Origin: a bacterium
GTDB lineage: Bacteria > UBA8248
DNA: 64,000 nucleotides
Assembly: GCA_965219955.1 (NCBI GenBank)
Contig: OZ244799.1
Coordinates: 448,001 to 512,000, forward strand
Direction of reading: 5' to 3'
The notes below the pieces were generated by a model. The model was given only the letters and a program-made list of their open reading frames with translations. It was not told the origin of the DNA and searched no databases. This document shows positions 19,543-29,781 of this stretch, piece by piece. Each line of letters starts with the position of its first letter. The first letter of the stretch is position 1. The translations under genes and the position numbers were made by a program.

Positions 19543-21737
19543 CTAGCCGGTTTCTGAGTCGGTTTCGAAACGCCCGGCGAGCAGATAACGGTACAGCTTG
19601 ACGGCGAGCCGCTCTTCGTGCTCGTCCAGCCAGTGCTGTGCGGCCGGCGTCAGCACCATCGTCCGGCAGGGTTCGTCGGCGAGCACCGAGGTTGTTTTCC
19701 CGTCCGAAGAGTTGGCCGGCCAAATCGCATCGCCGGTGCTGTACTGGTGGATACGCGCGCCCGCGGAATCGTAGGCGGAAGCCCGGCCCGAAAGCAGCAG
19801 TTGTAAATCTGCACATGGCGCATCAGGTCCCGAGAGGGCTTCGCCGGCGGCGTACTGACGGGGGTCCAGCCAGTTCCCGAGTTCTTCCATCAGGTCCTCG
19901 AAATGAATCTGCCGCTCCAGATAGCTCTGCAGATCATCAGCAGTGAGCGCCAGCAGCGAGGCGCGCCGCTTGTCCGCCATGTCCGCGTCCGTCTTCCATG
20001 TCCCGATGACGATCTCCTCGCAGCGCTCGAGAGCGTGGTCCGCATTCGGTTCGATCAGCAACTCGGCGAATACCGGAGGTGGCAGGTTGCGTTCCAACCC
20101 GGCCCGCAATTGATCGGACAACGCACACAGAACCACAGGCACACCGGCGGCGTGCGCCGTCTGAAAGAACCTGGAAAAGACGTTCACCGCCGAGAAGTCG
20201 AAGCCCGAGACGGCGGCGAAGTCCAGCATGAGGCAGGCGGGACGTGAAGCGCCGCTCAGGGATTTCTTGAGATGATCGGCCAGAGGATAGACGCTGCCGA
20301 AGAAGGCGTACCCGCGCAGCCGGTAGGCATGCACGCGCTTGCCGTCGGCCAGCAGGATGGCCCGGTCGGGGATGGCCGGGTCTTGTTGCTTCTGTGCTCG
20401 CGCGCCGTGAAGCGGGATTCGATCAGGTTCACGCGGCTCAAGCGCACAACGAAGAACACGAGGGTGGCCAGCATCCCGGCGCCTACGCCCTCGATCAGTC
20501 CGAAAGAGATGATGACGACGAAGATCAGCACAATGATGCCGTATTCCGACCAGGGGAGCCGCTTGAAGCTTCTCAAGAGGCCTTCGTCTATCATGCCGGA
20601 GCCCGCAAAAAACAGAATTCCCCCGACGAGCGGTGTCGGGATCAGTTCCAGCATCCCGTCGCCAAGGAGCAATGCGCCACCGATGACGAGGGCGGCAACG
20701 ATGCCCGTCAGGCGAGTGGTGGCTCCGAGCAGCTTGCTGCGCAGCGAGGCGGGCACGATCGTGCATGCCACCGTGCCGCCGCCCAGGCCTGCGACCAGGC
20801 TCGCGAACCCGGCTGCCTTGAATTCCCGGTCCCAGTTCAGCTCGTGATTCGCGGCCAACTCGAGGCCGGCGAGATTCATGATCACGCAGATCAGGGCGAT
20901 CAGCAGGAGTGCCAGCATGTTGGGAGTCTGCAGGGCCATCGCGGCCCAATCCAGATGCGCCAGGTCGGCGATCCCCAGGACAGGCCACAGGCTCCCGTCT
21001 GCCGTGCTCTTGAACAGCAGACCGGCCGCTCTCGCTTCATCACCGGAAATGTCGAGGGTAGCCAGTACGAAGTGGTATGCGGCAACGGCAATCGCCACGC
21101 TCACAGGCAGGATCAGCGCGTTTCGCCAGCGCTTCATGGCGAGGTACAGAGCGATCCCATACGCTGCGCCCGGGCTCCACTTCCATAACGTGGCCGGCTC
21201 CAGAAGCGCCGGAATCATCCGCCAGTCCGGCTTTGCTCCCATCATGGACATGGCCGCAAGGCACACGGCAGCCCCGATGCCGGCCACGAATCCGCCCGCC
21301 ACCGGATACGGGATGAAGCGCACCAGGTTGGCGAGCCGGAAATGCCCGATGATGAGGCAGCAGACGCCGGTGGCCGTTGCGCTGAGTATGAGCGCCCCCG
21401 CCGTGGTGACGAACAGCGCATCGCCCCCGGCGTCCATCATGGAGCCGATCAGGGCCATGACGAGCACGAGCGCGGGAGAGAGCCCCGAAATCGCCCCTCG
21501 GTAGCCGCCCGCGAGGGCGATGACCAGGCAGGCGGCGAAGTTTCCGAACAAAACCAGACCGATGCCCTGGGAGGAATACGGGGCCAACGCTCCGGAGAAT
21601 ATGAAACTTCCGAAGGCGATCTGGGCGACGAGCAGGCCCAGGCCCGAGGTGAATCCGGCGAAAAGCGCCGGAACCGTCTTTTCCGATTGGATGTCCGCGC
21701 TAAGTTCGGACGCAATATCTCGGAACAAAAATTTCAC
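19543..21737 (-). pseudogene. SulP anion transporter with STAS and cNMP-binding domains, frameshifted near 20375
   Basis: TM part (FIPYPVAGGFVAG) is in the 20256..21737 frame; STAS (LRGYAFFGS, LDFAAVSGFDFSA) and cNMP part is in the 19543 frame; one added base near 20375 restores KTRPIPDRAILL. Confidence 0.85.
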
Positions 21738-21877
21738 CCTTTCAATCGCTCATAACCCAAGGGCGGCGTCGATTCTCTTTCTCCCTTAACGTAGAGAGGA
21801 CTCTAGCGTATCATGGGTGCGTTGCTTTCTTGTATCTCCATTAGAGTCGAGGTACACCCCTGAAACAAGCAAAAAGC

Positions 21878-23263
21878 ATGCGCGGATACGATTACACCCG
21901 GGGCTCGGTCGGCTGGGCCATCACGCGCCTCTCGGTGCCGATATGCGGCGAGCGCATCCTGCGCAATTTCGACGGCATCTTCGAGATTTACTGGCTCGGC
22001 CAAATGGGGGCGGACTCGCTGGCCGCGGCGTCTTTGGGCTTCATCGTCTTGTTGTTCATTCGCTCGGGGTCTTTCGGGCTGAGAATCGCGGGCCAGGCGC
22101 TCGTGGCCCAGCGCGTGGGCGCGGGCGATTCGGAGGGCGCTTCGATCATGGCCGGGCAGACCATTTTCCTGGTCGGGGTATTCAGCCTCATCGCCACGTT
22201 CCTGGGTCTTTGGTTCGCACCTCTCCTGATGGGCCTGATGACGCGCGACCCGGAACTCGCCGCCCTGGGCGTCATCTACATCCGTTCCGGTTTCGCCGTG
22301 CTGCTCGCCGTGGAGGCGATGTTCGTGGTCGGCCAGATATTGAGGGGAACCGGCGAGCCGGGCATCACCATCGCGGGCGTCGTCTCCTCGACCGTCTTGA
22401 CGCTCATCTTCATCCCGCTCCTCATGTTCGGCTGGGGCCCGGTTCCCGCGTTGGGGATAGCTGGCAGCTTCTTAGGCGTCGGCGTGGGGAGGCTTGGCGG
22501 TTTCCTGACGATGCTGGCCTTCATCGTGAAGGGAAAATCGAGGCTCACGCTCCGGTGGGCCGACCTGCGCCCGCGCGGCGCGGAGATCTCCCGCGTGACG
22601 AGCCTCGCCTGGCCCGCCATGGCGCAGAACCTGCTCGAGCGAAGCGCGCTGCTGCTCATGGTGCGGATGCTCTCGCCCTTCGGGGCGAGCGCCCTCGCGG
22701 CTTGGAGCATCGGCAACCGCGTGACGATGATCGCCCGGATGCCGAGCTTCGGCCTGCAAGCCTCCGTGCGCACGCTGGTGGGCCAGAACCTGGGGGCCGG
22801 CAAGCCGGAACGCGTGACGCGCACGGTATGGCTCGCCGTCGCCGCCCTGGGCGTCCTGATGACGGCGGTGAGCGTCTGGTTGTTCGCCTGGGCGGGGGAG
22901 ATCGTCTCGTTTTTCGGCATGGAGGGGAACGCCACGGCCGTCATGGCGCTCAGGATTCTGTGCGCCGGGCTGCTGATGGAATCCGTCCGCCGGGTGATGG
23001 CGGGCGCGTTCCAGGGCGCCTCGCGCTCGAAGCCGCCCATGCTGGTGGAGGGCGTCGTCCGATGGGGGGTGCAGATTCCCGCCGCGTATGTGCTCTCCTA
23101 CAGCCTCGCCGTGGGCGCGGGCGGCGTATGGTGGGCGGTGAGCGGGGGCCAGATACTGAGCGGGGTGCTCCTGTTCGCGTGGTTTTTGCACTGGTCGAGG
23201 AGCGGGGACATCCTGGGGTTCATGGGCGCCGGGGGTTTGAAATCGGCGCGCGAATCCACGTAA
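21878..23263 (+). CDS. MATE family efflux transporter
   Basis: DYTRGSVG, LVAQRVGAGD, PALGIAG and LVGQNLGAG motifs; about 12 TM. Confidence 0.92.
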   Translation: MRGYDYTRGSVGWAITRLSVPICGERILRNFDGIFEIYWLGQMGADSLAAASLGFIVLLFIRSGSFGLRIAGQALVAQRVGAGDSEGASIMAGQTIFLVGVFSLIATFLGLWFAPLLMGLMTRDPELAALGVIYIRSGFAVLLAVEAMFVVGQILRGTGEPGITIAGVVSSTVLTLIFIPLLMFGWGPVPALGIAGSFLGVGVGRLGGFLTMLAFIVKGKSRLTLRWADLRPRGAEISRVTSLAWPAMAQNLLERSALLLMVRMLSPFGASALAAWSIGNRVTMIARMPSFGLQASVRTLVGQNLGAGKPERVTRTVWLAVAALGVLMTAVSVWLFAWAGEIVSFFGMEGNATAVMALRILCAGLLMESVRRVMAGAFQGASRSKPPMLVEGVVRWGVQIPAAYVLSYSLAVGAGGVWWAVSGGQILSGVLLFAWFLHWSRSGDILGFMGAGGLKSAREST

Positions 23264-23372
23264 TCTTTCTGCGCCGCTTTGGATGATCTCTTGATTGTTT
23301 TATGAGATATGGTGTGGCCTGCGGAGCGCGCGCCTCTGCGCGAAGAGTCCCCGCCGGAGGAGGTTTTCGGGA

Positions 23373-23768
23373 ATGAACAGGGTGTTGGCGGCGGGGCTTT
23401 TTCTCATTGCGGGATTCGGGTTGCTCGTGACCCTGACGAAAAGACCCGAGCCCCCGAGGCATCCGCAGGTGCCCGTGACCGAGGATATGGCCCGAATCAA
23501 CCAGGGGAAGAAGCTGTTCTCGCGCAACTGCATGCGCTGCCACGGGCCCGAAGCGAAGGGCTCGCGAATCGGCCCGCCGCTGGTGCACAAGATTTACGAG
23601 CCCTCCCATCACGGGGACGCCGCCTTCTTCATGGCCGTCTCGCGCGGGGTGAAGAGCCACCACTGGAAGTTCGGCGACATGCAGCCCGTGCCGGGCGTGA
23701 AACCCGAAGAGGTGGCTTTGATCGTCGGGTACGTGCGCTGGCTGCAGAGAAAGGCCGGAATCTTTTAG
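23373..23768 (+). CDS. Membrane-anchored monoheme cytochrome c
   Basis: CMRCH heme motif; GPPLVHKIYEPSHH..HHWKFGDM; GGAGG RBS. Confidence 0.9.
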   Translation: MNRVLAAGLFLIAGFGLLVTLTKRPEPPRHPQVPVTEDMARINQGKKLFSRNCMRCHGPEAKGSRIGPPLVHKIYEPSHHGDAAFFMAVSRGVKSHHWKFGDMQPVPGVKPEEVALIVGYVRWLQRKAGIF

Positions 23769-23789
23769 AGGCCCGGGAGACGACATTCG

Positions 23790-25130
23790 GTGAATGAGCA
23801 AGACAAGCTGCATGAGTTGCGGAGAAAACGCTTAAGACGCATGGTCGCCCTGTGCGGACGCGCGCACCCGTTCTACAAGCGCCGCTTCGCGGAGGCGAAC
23901 CTGATCCCCGAGGCGGTCAAGGAACTGGACGACCTCCAGAAAATCCCCCTGACGAAGAAAGAGGACTTCATGGCGGCGCCCGAGGATTTCAGCCTCGACC
24001 CCGCCTGGCTGCCCGAGCTTCCCTTCGAGGAGCGCACGATGTGGAACGTGGCCTACACCACGGGCACCACGAGCGGGCGGCCGTCTCCTTTCTTCAACAC
24101 CACGCACGACCAGTACCACATCATGCTCCAGGCGCGGGTGTGCAACGAGGCGGAGGGCTTAAGGACGGGCGACGTCATCGCGAACCTCTACCCGCTCTCG
24201 CCCATGCCGCTGGGAGGATTCCTGTGCTGCGTGCGCTCCGCGGAAATCATGGGGCTTCCCGTGGTGAGCGCGCTCACGGGCAGCCCGCATCCCGAATACC
24301 CCGTGCGGCGCTCGCTCGATGAGGCGATTGAAGTGGTGGCCGATTCGGGCGCCACCGTCATCTGGGGTGTGCCGAGTTTCGTCCGCCGCTTTTTACGGAG
24401 GGCGCGCGAGCGCGGCGCCAAGCTCGACCGCGCGCGCATGGTGCTCACCACGGGCGAGGCCGTGAGCGACGCCCTGCGCGAGGAGTATATGGACCACCTG
24501 CGCTGGTTCGGGGCGGACGAGCCCCAGGTGCGCGTTCGCTACGCGGCGACGGAGATGCAGGGCGGCCTCGTGCAGTGCGCGAACGACGCGATGCCGCACA
24601 ACGTGGTGCCCGAACTCTACCTGCTCGAAGTGGTGGACCCAGAATCCGGCGAGCGCGTGCCCGAGGGGGAGGAGGGGGTCATCGCCCTCACGCACCTGCA
24701 TCGCCGCGGCACGGTGTTCCTGCGCTACCTCATCGGCGACTTGATTGCGCTTAGATGGGAGCCGTGCCCGCACTGCGGGCGGGTGGGGGAGCGGGTCGTG
24801 CGACTGCCTCGCAGGACGGGCGATCTGCTCAAGGTGCGCGGGATGCTCATGAACCCCGATATCATCATCGACCTCCTGGCGAAAGAACGCGCGATCAGGG
24901 AGTTTCAGATCCGCGTCCGCAAGTCTGCGCCCGGGGATTCAGATTCGATGGATGAGATGATCATCCGCCTCGAAGCCGAGGAAGCCGAACGCGAGCGGCT
25001 CGGCGCTTCCCTGCCGGACAGGGTGCGCGGAGCGGTGATGATACGGCCGGTGCTCGAATTCGTGGCCCCGGGCGTGATCCACGACCCGATGCGCGACGTG
25101 AAGGCCCGCCGGCTCGTCGATGAGCGGTGA
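23790..25130 (+). CDS. Phenylacetate-CoA ligase-like ANL enzyme
   Basis: HPFYKRRF, LQKIPLTKKED, TTGTTSGRP, YAATE, LRYLIGD and RTGDLLKVRG motifs. Confidence 0.85.
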   Translation: MNEQDKLHELRRKRLRRMVALCGRAHPFYKRRFAEANLIPEAVKELDDLQKIPLTKKEDFMAAPEDFSLDPAWLPELPFEERTMWNVAYTTGTTSGRPSPFFNTTHDQYHIMLQARVCNEAEGLRTGDVIANLYPLSPMPLGGFLCCVRSAEIMGLPVVSALTGSPHPEYPVRRSLDEAIEVVADSGATVIWGVPSFVRRFLRRARERGAKLDRARMVLTTGEAVSDALREEYMDHLRWFGADEPQVRVRYAATEMQGGLVQCANDAMPHNVVPELYLLEVVDPESGERVPEGEEGVIALTHLHRRGTVFLRYLIGDLIALRWEPCPHCGRVGERVVRLPRRTGDLLKVRGMLMNPDIIIDLLAKERAIREFQIRVRKSAPGDSDSMDEMIIRLEAEEAERERLGASLPDRVRGAVMIRPVLEFVAPGVIHDPMRDVKARRLVDER

Positions 25131-25150
25131 GGTCAATCGCGACCGAAGAA

Positions 25151-25399
25151 GGGGTTGTTGAAAAAGTCCCTCCAGGGGATTGTTGACTCCCCCGATCGAG
25201 AGCGTTCACCGTCATTCCGGCGAAAGCCGGAATCCATTTTTTGCCTTTTATTTTCTGATTGTCTCCCGCCGATGAGGGGGAGATGAAAAGCCGGAGCATA
25301 GCAATTCTGCTTCACAATGGATTCCGGCTTTCGCCGGAATGACAAACCAAAAAACGCATAGACCGTCATTGGTAGGGACAGGTCGCGACCTGTCCCTAC
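25151..25399. repeat. TIR, family A doublet (25211-25343) and GTAGGGACAGGTCGCGACCTGTCCCTAC palindrome
   Basis: Identical palindrome at 18867-18894. Confidence 0.8.
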
Positions 25400-25449
25400 G
25401 AAACCGCAAGGGCTCCTCCCGCATCGGTCGGTATTGACCCACCACCCAC

Positions 25450-25875
25450 CTACCAGGCGAAGTTTCCCGCATCATCCAGCGGCGAGAAGGGGTTAAAGGC
25501 GACTTCCCAGAGATGACCGTCCGGATCCTGGAAGTATCCCGAATGGCCGCCCCAGAAGACGTCCTGCGCCTGCTTGACGATGACGCCGCCTGCGCGCTCG
25601 GCTTCGGCGAGCGCCTCGGCGACTTCCTCGCGTGTGCGGACGTTGTAGGCCAGGGTGACCGCGCCGGTCGCCTCGCCGCTGCCGGCCCCAGGGCCTATAT
25701 CCTCGATGAGTTTGTCGCGGGGATACAGCGCGAAACCGATGCCGTTCAGCGTGAAGCAGACGATGGAACCGGCGTTCTCCTCGCTCGCAACGCGCCAGCC
25801 GAGCGCCTCGTAGAACGCGCGCGCACGCGGAAGGTCGTCAACGCCCAGGGTGACGATGCTGAGGCGCTGGTCCAT
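25450..25875 (-). CDS. VOC/glyoxalase family protein
   Basis: RLSIVTLGVDDL..FYEALGW and FWGGHSGYFQDPDGHLWEVA motifs. Confidence 0.92.
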   Translation of the reverse strand: MDQRLSIVTLGVDDLPRARAFYEALGWRVASEENAGSIVCFTLNGIGFALYPRDKLIEDIGPGAGSGEATGAVTLAYNVRTREEVAEALAEAERAGGVIVKQAQDVFWGGHSGYFQDPDGHLWEVAFNPFSPLDDAGNFAW

Positions 25876-25941
25876 ATCGTCTCCTCCCGGGTCTGCGCTG
25901 TTTCAGTCGGGAAATTCGGCGGGGGATTCTCGGTGGAGCGG

Positions 25942-26646
25942 TTAGACGCCGAGGTACCGCATGCGGGTTTCCTGGTCTTCGAGCAGGTCGGCGGAGGCGC
26001 CTTCCCACTGGATGACGCCCTTTTCGATCAGGTAGGCGCGCCTGGTGATGCTGAGCGCCATGCGGAAGTTCTGCTCCACGAGCAGGATGGCGATGCCTTT
26101 TTTCTGGATCTCCACCAGCACGTTCTCGATGGTCTCGACGTAGGCTGGCATCAGGCCCTCGGTGGGCTCGTCCACCATGATGAGCTTGGGTTCCGTGCCG
26201 AGGCCGCGCGCCATGGTAAGCATCTGCTGCTCGCCGCCGCTCAACTGGTTCCCCTTGTTGTTGATGCGCTCCTTGAGTCTCGGGAAGAGGGAGAAAATCC
26301 AGTCGAGATGCGCGTCCAGGTCCTTGGCGCCGTCGATGGGGATGCGGCTGATCTTGAGGTTTTCATACACGGTGAGGTTGGTGAACACCTGGCGGTCCTC
26401 GGGGATCCAGGAAACCCCCGCGAGCGAGACGGTGTGCGCCTCCGCCTGGGTGATGTCGGTTCCCTCCATGGTGATTTTGCCGCTCCGGGGCGTCAGAAGC
26501 CCCATGATCGTCTTCATGGTGGTGGATTTGCCCGCCCCGTTCCTGCCGAGGAAGGCCACCGCCTCGCCTTCGCCGACTTGAAGGCTCAAGTCGTGAAGCA
26601 CGTGGCTCAGGCCGTAAAACGTGTTGATGGAATCTACTTCGAGCAT
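25942..26646 (-). CDS. Branched-chain amino acid-type ABC ATPase (LivF-like)
   Basis: GRNGAGKST, LSGGEQQML, DEPTEGL and VEQN motifs. Confidence 0.92.
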   Translation of the reverse strand: MLEVDSINTFYGLSHVLHDLSLQVGEGEAVAFLGRNGAGKSTTMKTIMGLLTPRSGKITMEGTDITQAEAHTVSLAGVSWIPEDRQVFTNLTVYENLKISRIPIDGAKDLDAHLDWIFSLFPRLKERINNKGNQLSGGEQQMLTMARGLGTEPKLIMVDEPTEGLMPAYVETIENVLVEIQKKGIAILLVEQNFRMALSITRRAYLIEKGVIQWEGASADLLEDQETRMRYLGV

Positions 26647-27380
26647 TATTCCCTCAGATATACGCGCTGGACTTCTGCGTTCGCGCGAACTTCCTCCACC
26701 GTGCCCTCGGCGAGAAAGGCGCCGTTGTGCAGCACGGTGATTTTGTCCGAAATGCCCAGCACCACTTCCATGTCATGCTCCACGAGCACGACGGTGAGCG
26801 GATCGGCCAGGCCCTTGATGAACTCACCCGTCTGAATCGTCTCCTCGGGGCTCATGCCCGCTGTCGGCTCATCCAGCAGGAGCAGCTTGGGGTCGGTGGC
26901 GAGCGCGATTCCGATTTCGAGATAGCGCTGCTCGCCGTGTGCGAGCGTACCGGCGAGTTCATTTCGCTTTTCCGTCAGATTGATGCGCTCGATAATCTCG
27001 TCCGCCCTTCCGATCAACTCCTTGTGGCTCGGCACGGTCGACCACAGGTTGAACGTCATCTTGCGAGATTGCGCGGCGATGCGGATGTTCTCCAGCACGC
27101 TCAGCTTGGGGAAGATGTTGGTGATCTGGTAGGTGCGGCCTATCCCCAGGTGGGAACGCTCATGGGCGGGCACCTCCGAGACGTCCGTGCCGTCGAAGAT
27201 GACCTGCCCCGAAGTAGGCAGCAGATCGCCCGCGATCATGTTGAAGAAGGTCGTCTTGCCCGCGCCGTTCGGGCCGATGATGGAGCGCAGCTCGCCGGAA
27301 TCGACCGAATAGTCCACGCTGTCCACGGCGACGAGGGCGTCGAAGTGCTTGCTCAGGCTTTTCGTTTCCAGAATAGGCAT
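26646..27380 (-). CDS. ABC ATPase (LivG-like)
   Basis: GPNGAGKTT, LLLDEPTAGM and VEHDM motifs. Confidence 0.92.
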   Translation of the reverse strand: MPILETKSLSKHFDALVAVDSVDYSVDSGELRSIIGPNGAGKTTFFNMIAGDLLPTSGQVIFDGTDVSEVPAHERSHLGIGRTYQITNIFPKLSVLENIRIAAQSRKMTFNLWSTVPSHKELIGRADEIIERINLTEKRNELAGTLAHGEQRYLEIGIALATDPKLLLLDEPTAGMSPEETIQTGEFIKGLADPLTVVLVEHDMEVVLGISDKITVLHNGAFLAEGTVEEVRANAEVQRVYLRE

Positions 27381-27392
27381 TTTGTCTTTCCG

Positions 27393-28622
27393 TTATTCGG
27401 CTTCGGTTGCCGCCTCGTCCTCGGCGTTTTTCGCCAGAACTTCCGCCACGGCTTTTCTGTTCAACAATTTCTTCTCGCGGTATTCGAGCGTCATGTTGCG
27501 GATGGTGCCCAGAATGCCCGAGGGCACGAAGAGCACGATCAGCACGAAGATGCCGCCCACCCACGCTTCCCAGTACTGGAAGATGGCGAGGTATTTTACG
27601 AATTCCACGCTCATCAACTGCCGCAGGTACCAGTAGATGAACGAACCCACCGCCGGCCCCAGGAAGGTGCCCGCGCCGCCGAAGAGGGTGATGATGACGA
27701 TCTGCCCCGAGGTGATGAAGTGGATGTTCTCGATGGGGACCGTCTCGCCGTAGATGATCGCCAGCGCGCCCGCGACTCCCGAGACGGCCCCGCTCATCGT
27801 GAACGCCATGAGCCGAACCTTCGCCACGTTGTAGCCGCAGATGCGCGCGCGGTTCTCGTTCTCGCGGACTGCTCTGAGCACGTGGCCGAACGGTGAGCGC
27901 AGCACCTGCCAGATGGCGGCGATGAAGACGACGCTCACAATGAAGACGAAGTAATAGGTGATGTTCGCGTCCATGATGCCCACCCGGAGGTCGATGGAGC
28001 CCAGCCGCATGTTCTCGAGACCCCCCAGCCCGTCCGTCCCGCCCGTGAGGTCGTCGAACGTCTGCGCGGAGTAGTAGAAGATCATGCTGATCGAGAGCGT
28101 GACCATGGCGAAGTACACGCCGCGCTTCGTGCTGCAGATGGTGCCGATGAGCCAGGCGACGAAGGTGGATACGATGATGCAGGTGATCAGCGAGATTTCC
28201 AGGGGCAGCACCTTGAAGGCGCTGACCATCCAGTCCGGGGCGTATGTGCCGGGCTTGATCCAGGCGTGCATGATGCCCACGGTGTAGCCGCCCACGCCGA
28301 AGAAGGCGCAGTGGCCGAGACTGAGCATCCCCGTGTTGCCGAGCAGGATGTTGAAGGCGACGCCGAACAGCGTGTAGATGAGAATCTGGATCATCAGCGG
28401 CGTGCTCGGCACGAAGCCGCGAATTTCCGCGACGATCTCTGCGGTCGCCTCCCAGTCGTTGTCCTCGAGCCAGATGATCGAATCGTTGAGGGTACTGAAG
28501 AAAAACGGGTACACCAGCAGGAGACCGGCGAGTATCAGTATCCCGTAGTTGTCGAAGACTTCCGAGATCCAGGCCCAGAATTCCTTGGGCGTGAATCGGT
28601 TGTTTGGAGCTGCAGAGTCCAC
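27393..28622 (-). CDS. ABC permease (LivM-like)
   Basis: GMLSLGHCAFFG, GVYFAMVTL and SPFGHVLRAVRENE motifs. Confidence 0.9.
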   Translation of the reverse strand: MDSAAPNNRFTPKEFWAWISEVFDNYGILILAGLLLVYPFFFSTLNDSIIWLEDNDWEATAEIVAEIRGFVPSTPLMIQILIYTLFGVAFNILLGNTGMLSLGHCAFFGVGGYTVGIMHAWIKPGTYAPDWMVSAFKVLPLEISLITCIIVSTFVAWLIGTICSTKRGVYFAMVTLSISMIFYYSAQTFDDLTGGTDGLGGLENMRLGSIDLRVGIMDANITYYFVFIVSVVFIAAIWQVLRSPFGHVLRAVRENENRARICGYNVAKVRLMAFTMSGAVSGVAGALAIIYGETVPIENIHFITSGQIVIITLFGGAGTFLGPAVGSFIYWYLRQLMSVEFVKYLAIFQYWEAWVGGIFVLIVLFVPSGILGTIRNMTLEYREKKLLNRKAVAEVLAKNAEDEAATEAE

Positions 28623-28654
28623 TTTAGCAATCTCTCCCGAGACGAATCGGATTT

Positions 28655-29674
28655 TTAGTCAAAAGCGCCTTCCTGGCCGAACAACCCCCTTGGTCTCAAG
28701 AGAAGTATTACCGCCATCACGATGAAGAGCAGGATGTCGGAAGCCTTTTCCCAGAAATCGGGGCCGATCACCGTGCCCGTCCAGTTGTGAACCACGTATT
28801 GGGTTCTGCCCACCAGGGGCGTGAGCGCCCAGAGCTGGCCCAGAATCAGCCCGCCGATCACGGGGCCGATGAAGCTCCCCATGCCGCCCACGACGACCAC
28901 GATGAAGGTCTGCACCAGAATCAGTTCGCCCATCGTGGCGTCCACCGCGAACAGGGGGGCTATCATGACGCCGGAGAATCCGGCCAGGGCGATGCCCAGG
29001 CCGAACGTGAGGCGCCAGATGCGCGACACGTTGATGCCGAGAACTTTGACCATCGTGTTGTTGTTGGTGCCCGCGCGGATCATCATGCCCAGGTTCGTCT
29101 TGTAGATGAGCACCCAGAGCATGGCGACGAGAATCGCCGCGGTGATGATGGTGAAGCTCCTGTAGGCCGTGATGTCGAGCGTGCCCGTCTTGAAGAGCGA
29201 GAACTGGAACATCGGCGGGATGTTGAAGGGTTTTCCCGGCCTGCCCCAGAGCAAGCGGACGAAGTCCGGCAGAAAGATGGACATGCCGAACATGATCAGG
29301 ACGCCGGAGAACCGCTCGTTCTCCGTGTTGTAGATTCTGCTGATGACGTATCGTTCAAAAACCATCCCGAGGGCGAACATGACGATGGGAACGGAAGCGA
29401 GGGCCACGATGAACCCCGCGTTCGGCCCGAGAAAGGGTGAGAATATGAGGTCCGAGACCGTGAAGCCCACATACGCGCCCAGCATGTAGAAGGCGCCGTG
29501 CCCGAAATTGATGATGCCCATAAGACCGAATATGATCGAAAGACCCAGGGCCAGCAGAACCCAGAAGGAGCCCTGCACCAGACCCAGGAACAGGTGCTGG
29601 ACGAACTCCGAAAATTCAACACCTCCGGCTGCCAAAATACGCTCCTTGAGAACGGGGAAGTCGCAAGAGTGCAA
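28655..29674 (-). CDS. ABC permease (LivH-like); start uncertain, probably shorter
   Basis: ALGLSIIFGLMGIINFGHG, VVVGGMGS and LRPRGLFG motifs. Confidence 0.88.
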   Translation of the reverse strand: MHSCDFPVLKERILAAGGVEFSEFVQHLFLGLVQGSFWVLLALGLSIIFGLMGIINFGHGAFYMLGAYVGFTVSDLIFSPFLGPNAGFIVALASVPIVMFALGMVFERYVISRIYNTENERFSGVLIMFGMSIFLPDFVRLLWGRPGKPFNIPPMFQFSLFKTGTLDITAYRSFTIITAAILVAMLWVLIYKTNLGMMIRAGTNNNTMVKVLGINVSRIWRLTFGLGIALAGFSGVMIAPLFAVDATMGELILVQTFIVVVVGGMGSFIGPVIGGLILGQLWALTPLVGRTQYVVHNWTGTVIGPDFWEKASDILLFIVMAVILLLRPRGLFGQEGAFD

Positions 29675-29714
29675 TGTCTAGGATGAAACGCCGCCTTTGT
29701 CAAACGCCGTGAGG

Positions 29715-29748
29715 AAAAGCCGGGGCGGCTGAAATCCAGCCGCCCCGG
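29715..29748 (-). terminator. GC-rich hairpin with short U tract after the SBP gene
   Basis: CCGGGGCGGCTG-N5-CAGCCGCCCCGG followed by CTTTT on the minus strand. Confidence 0.55.
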
Positions 29749-29781
29749 TCGGCGTCCGATGGTGTTTCGATGCGCTGTTTC

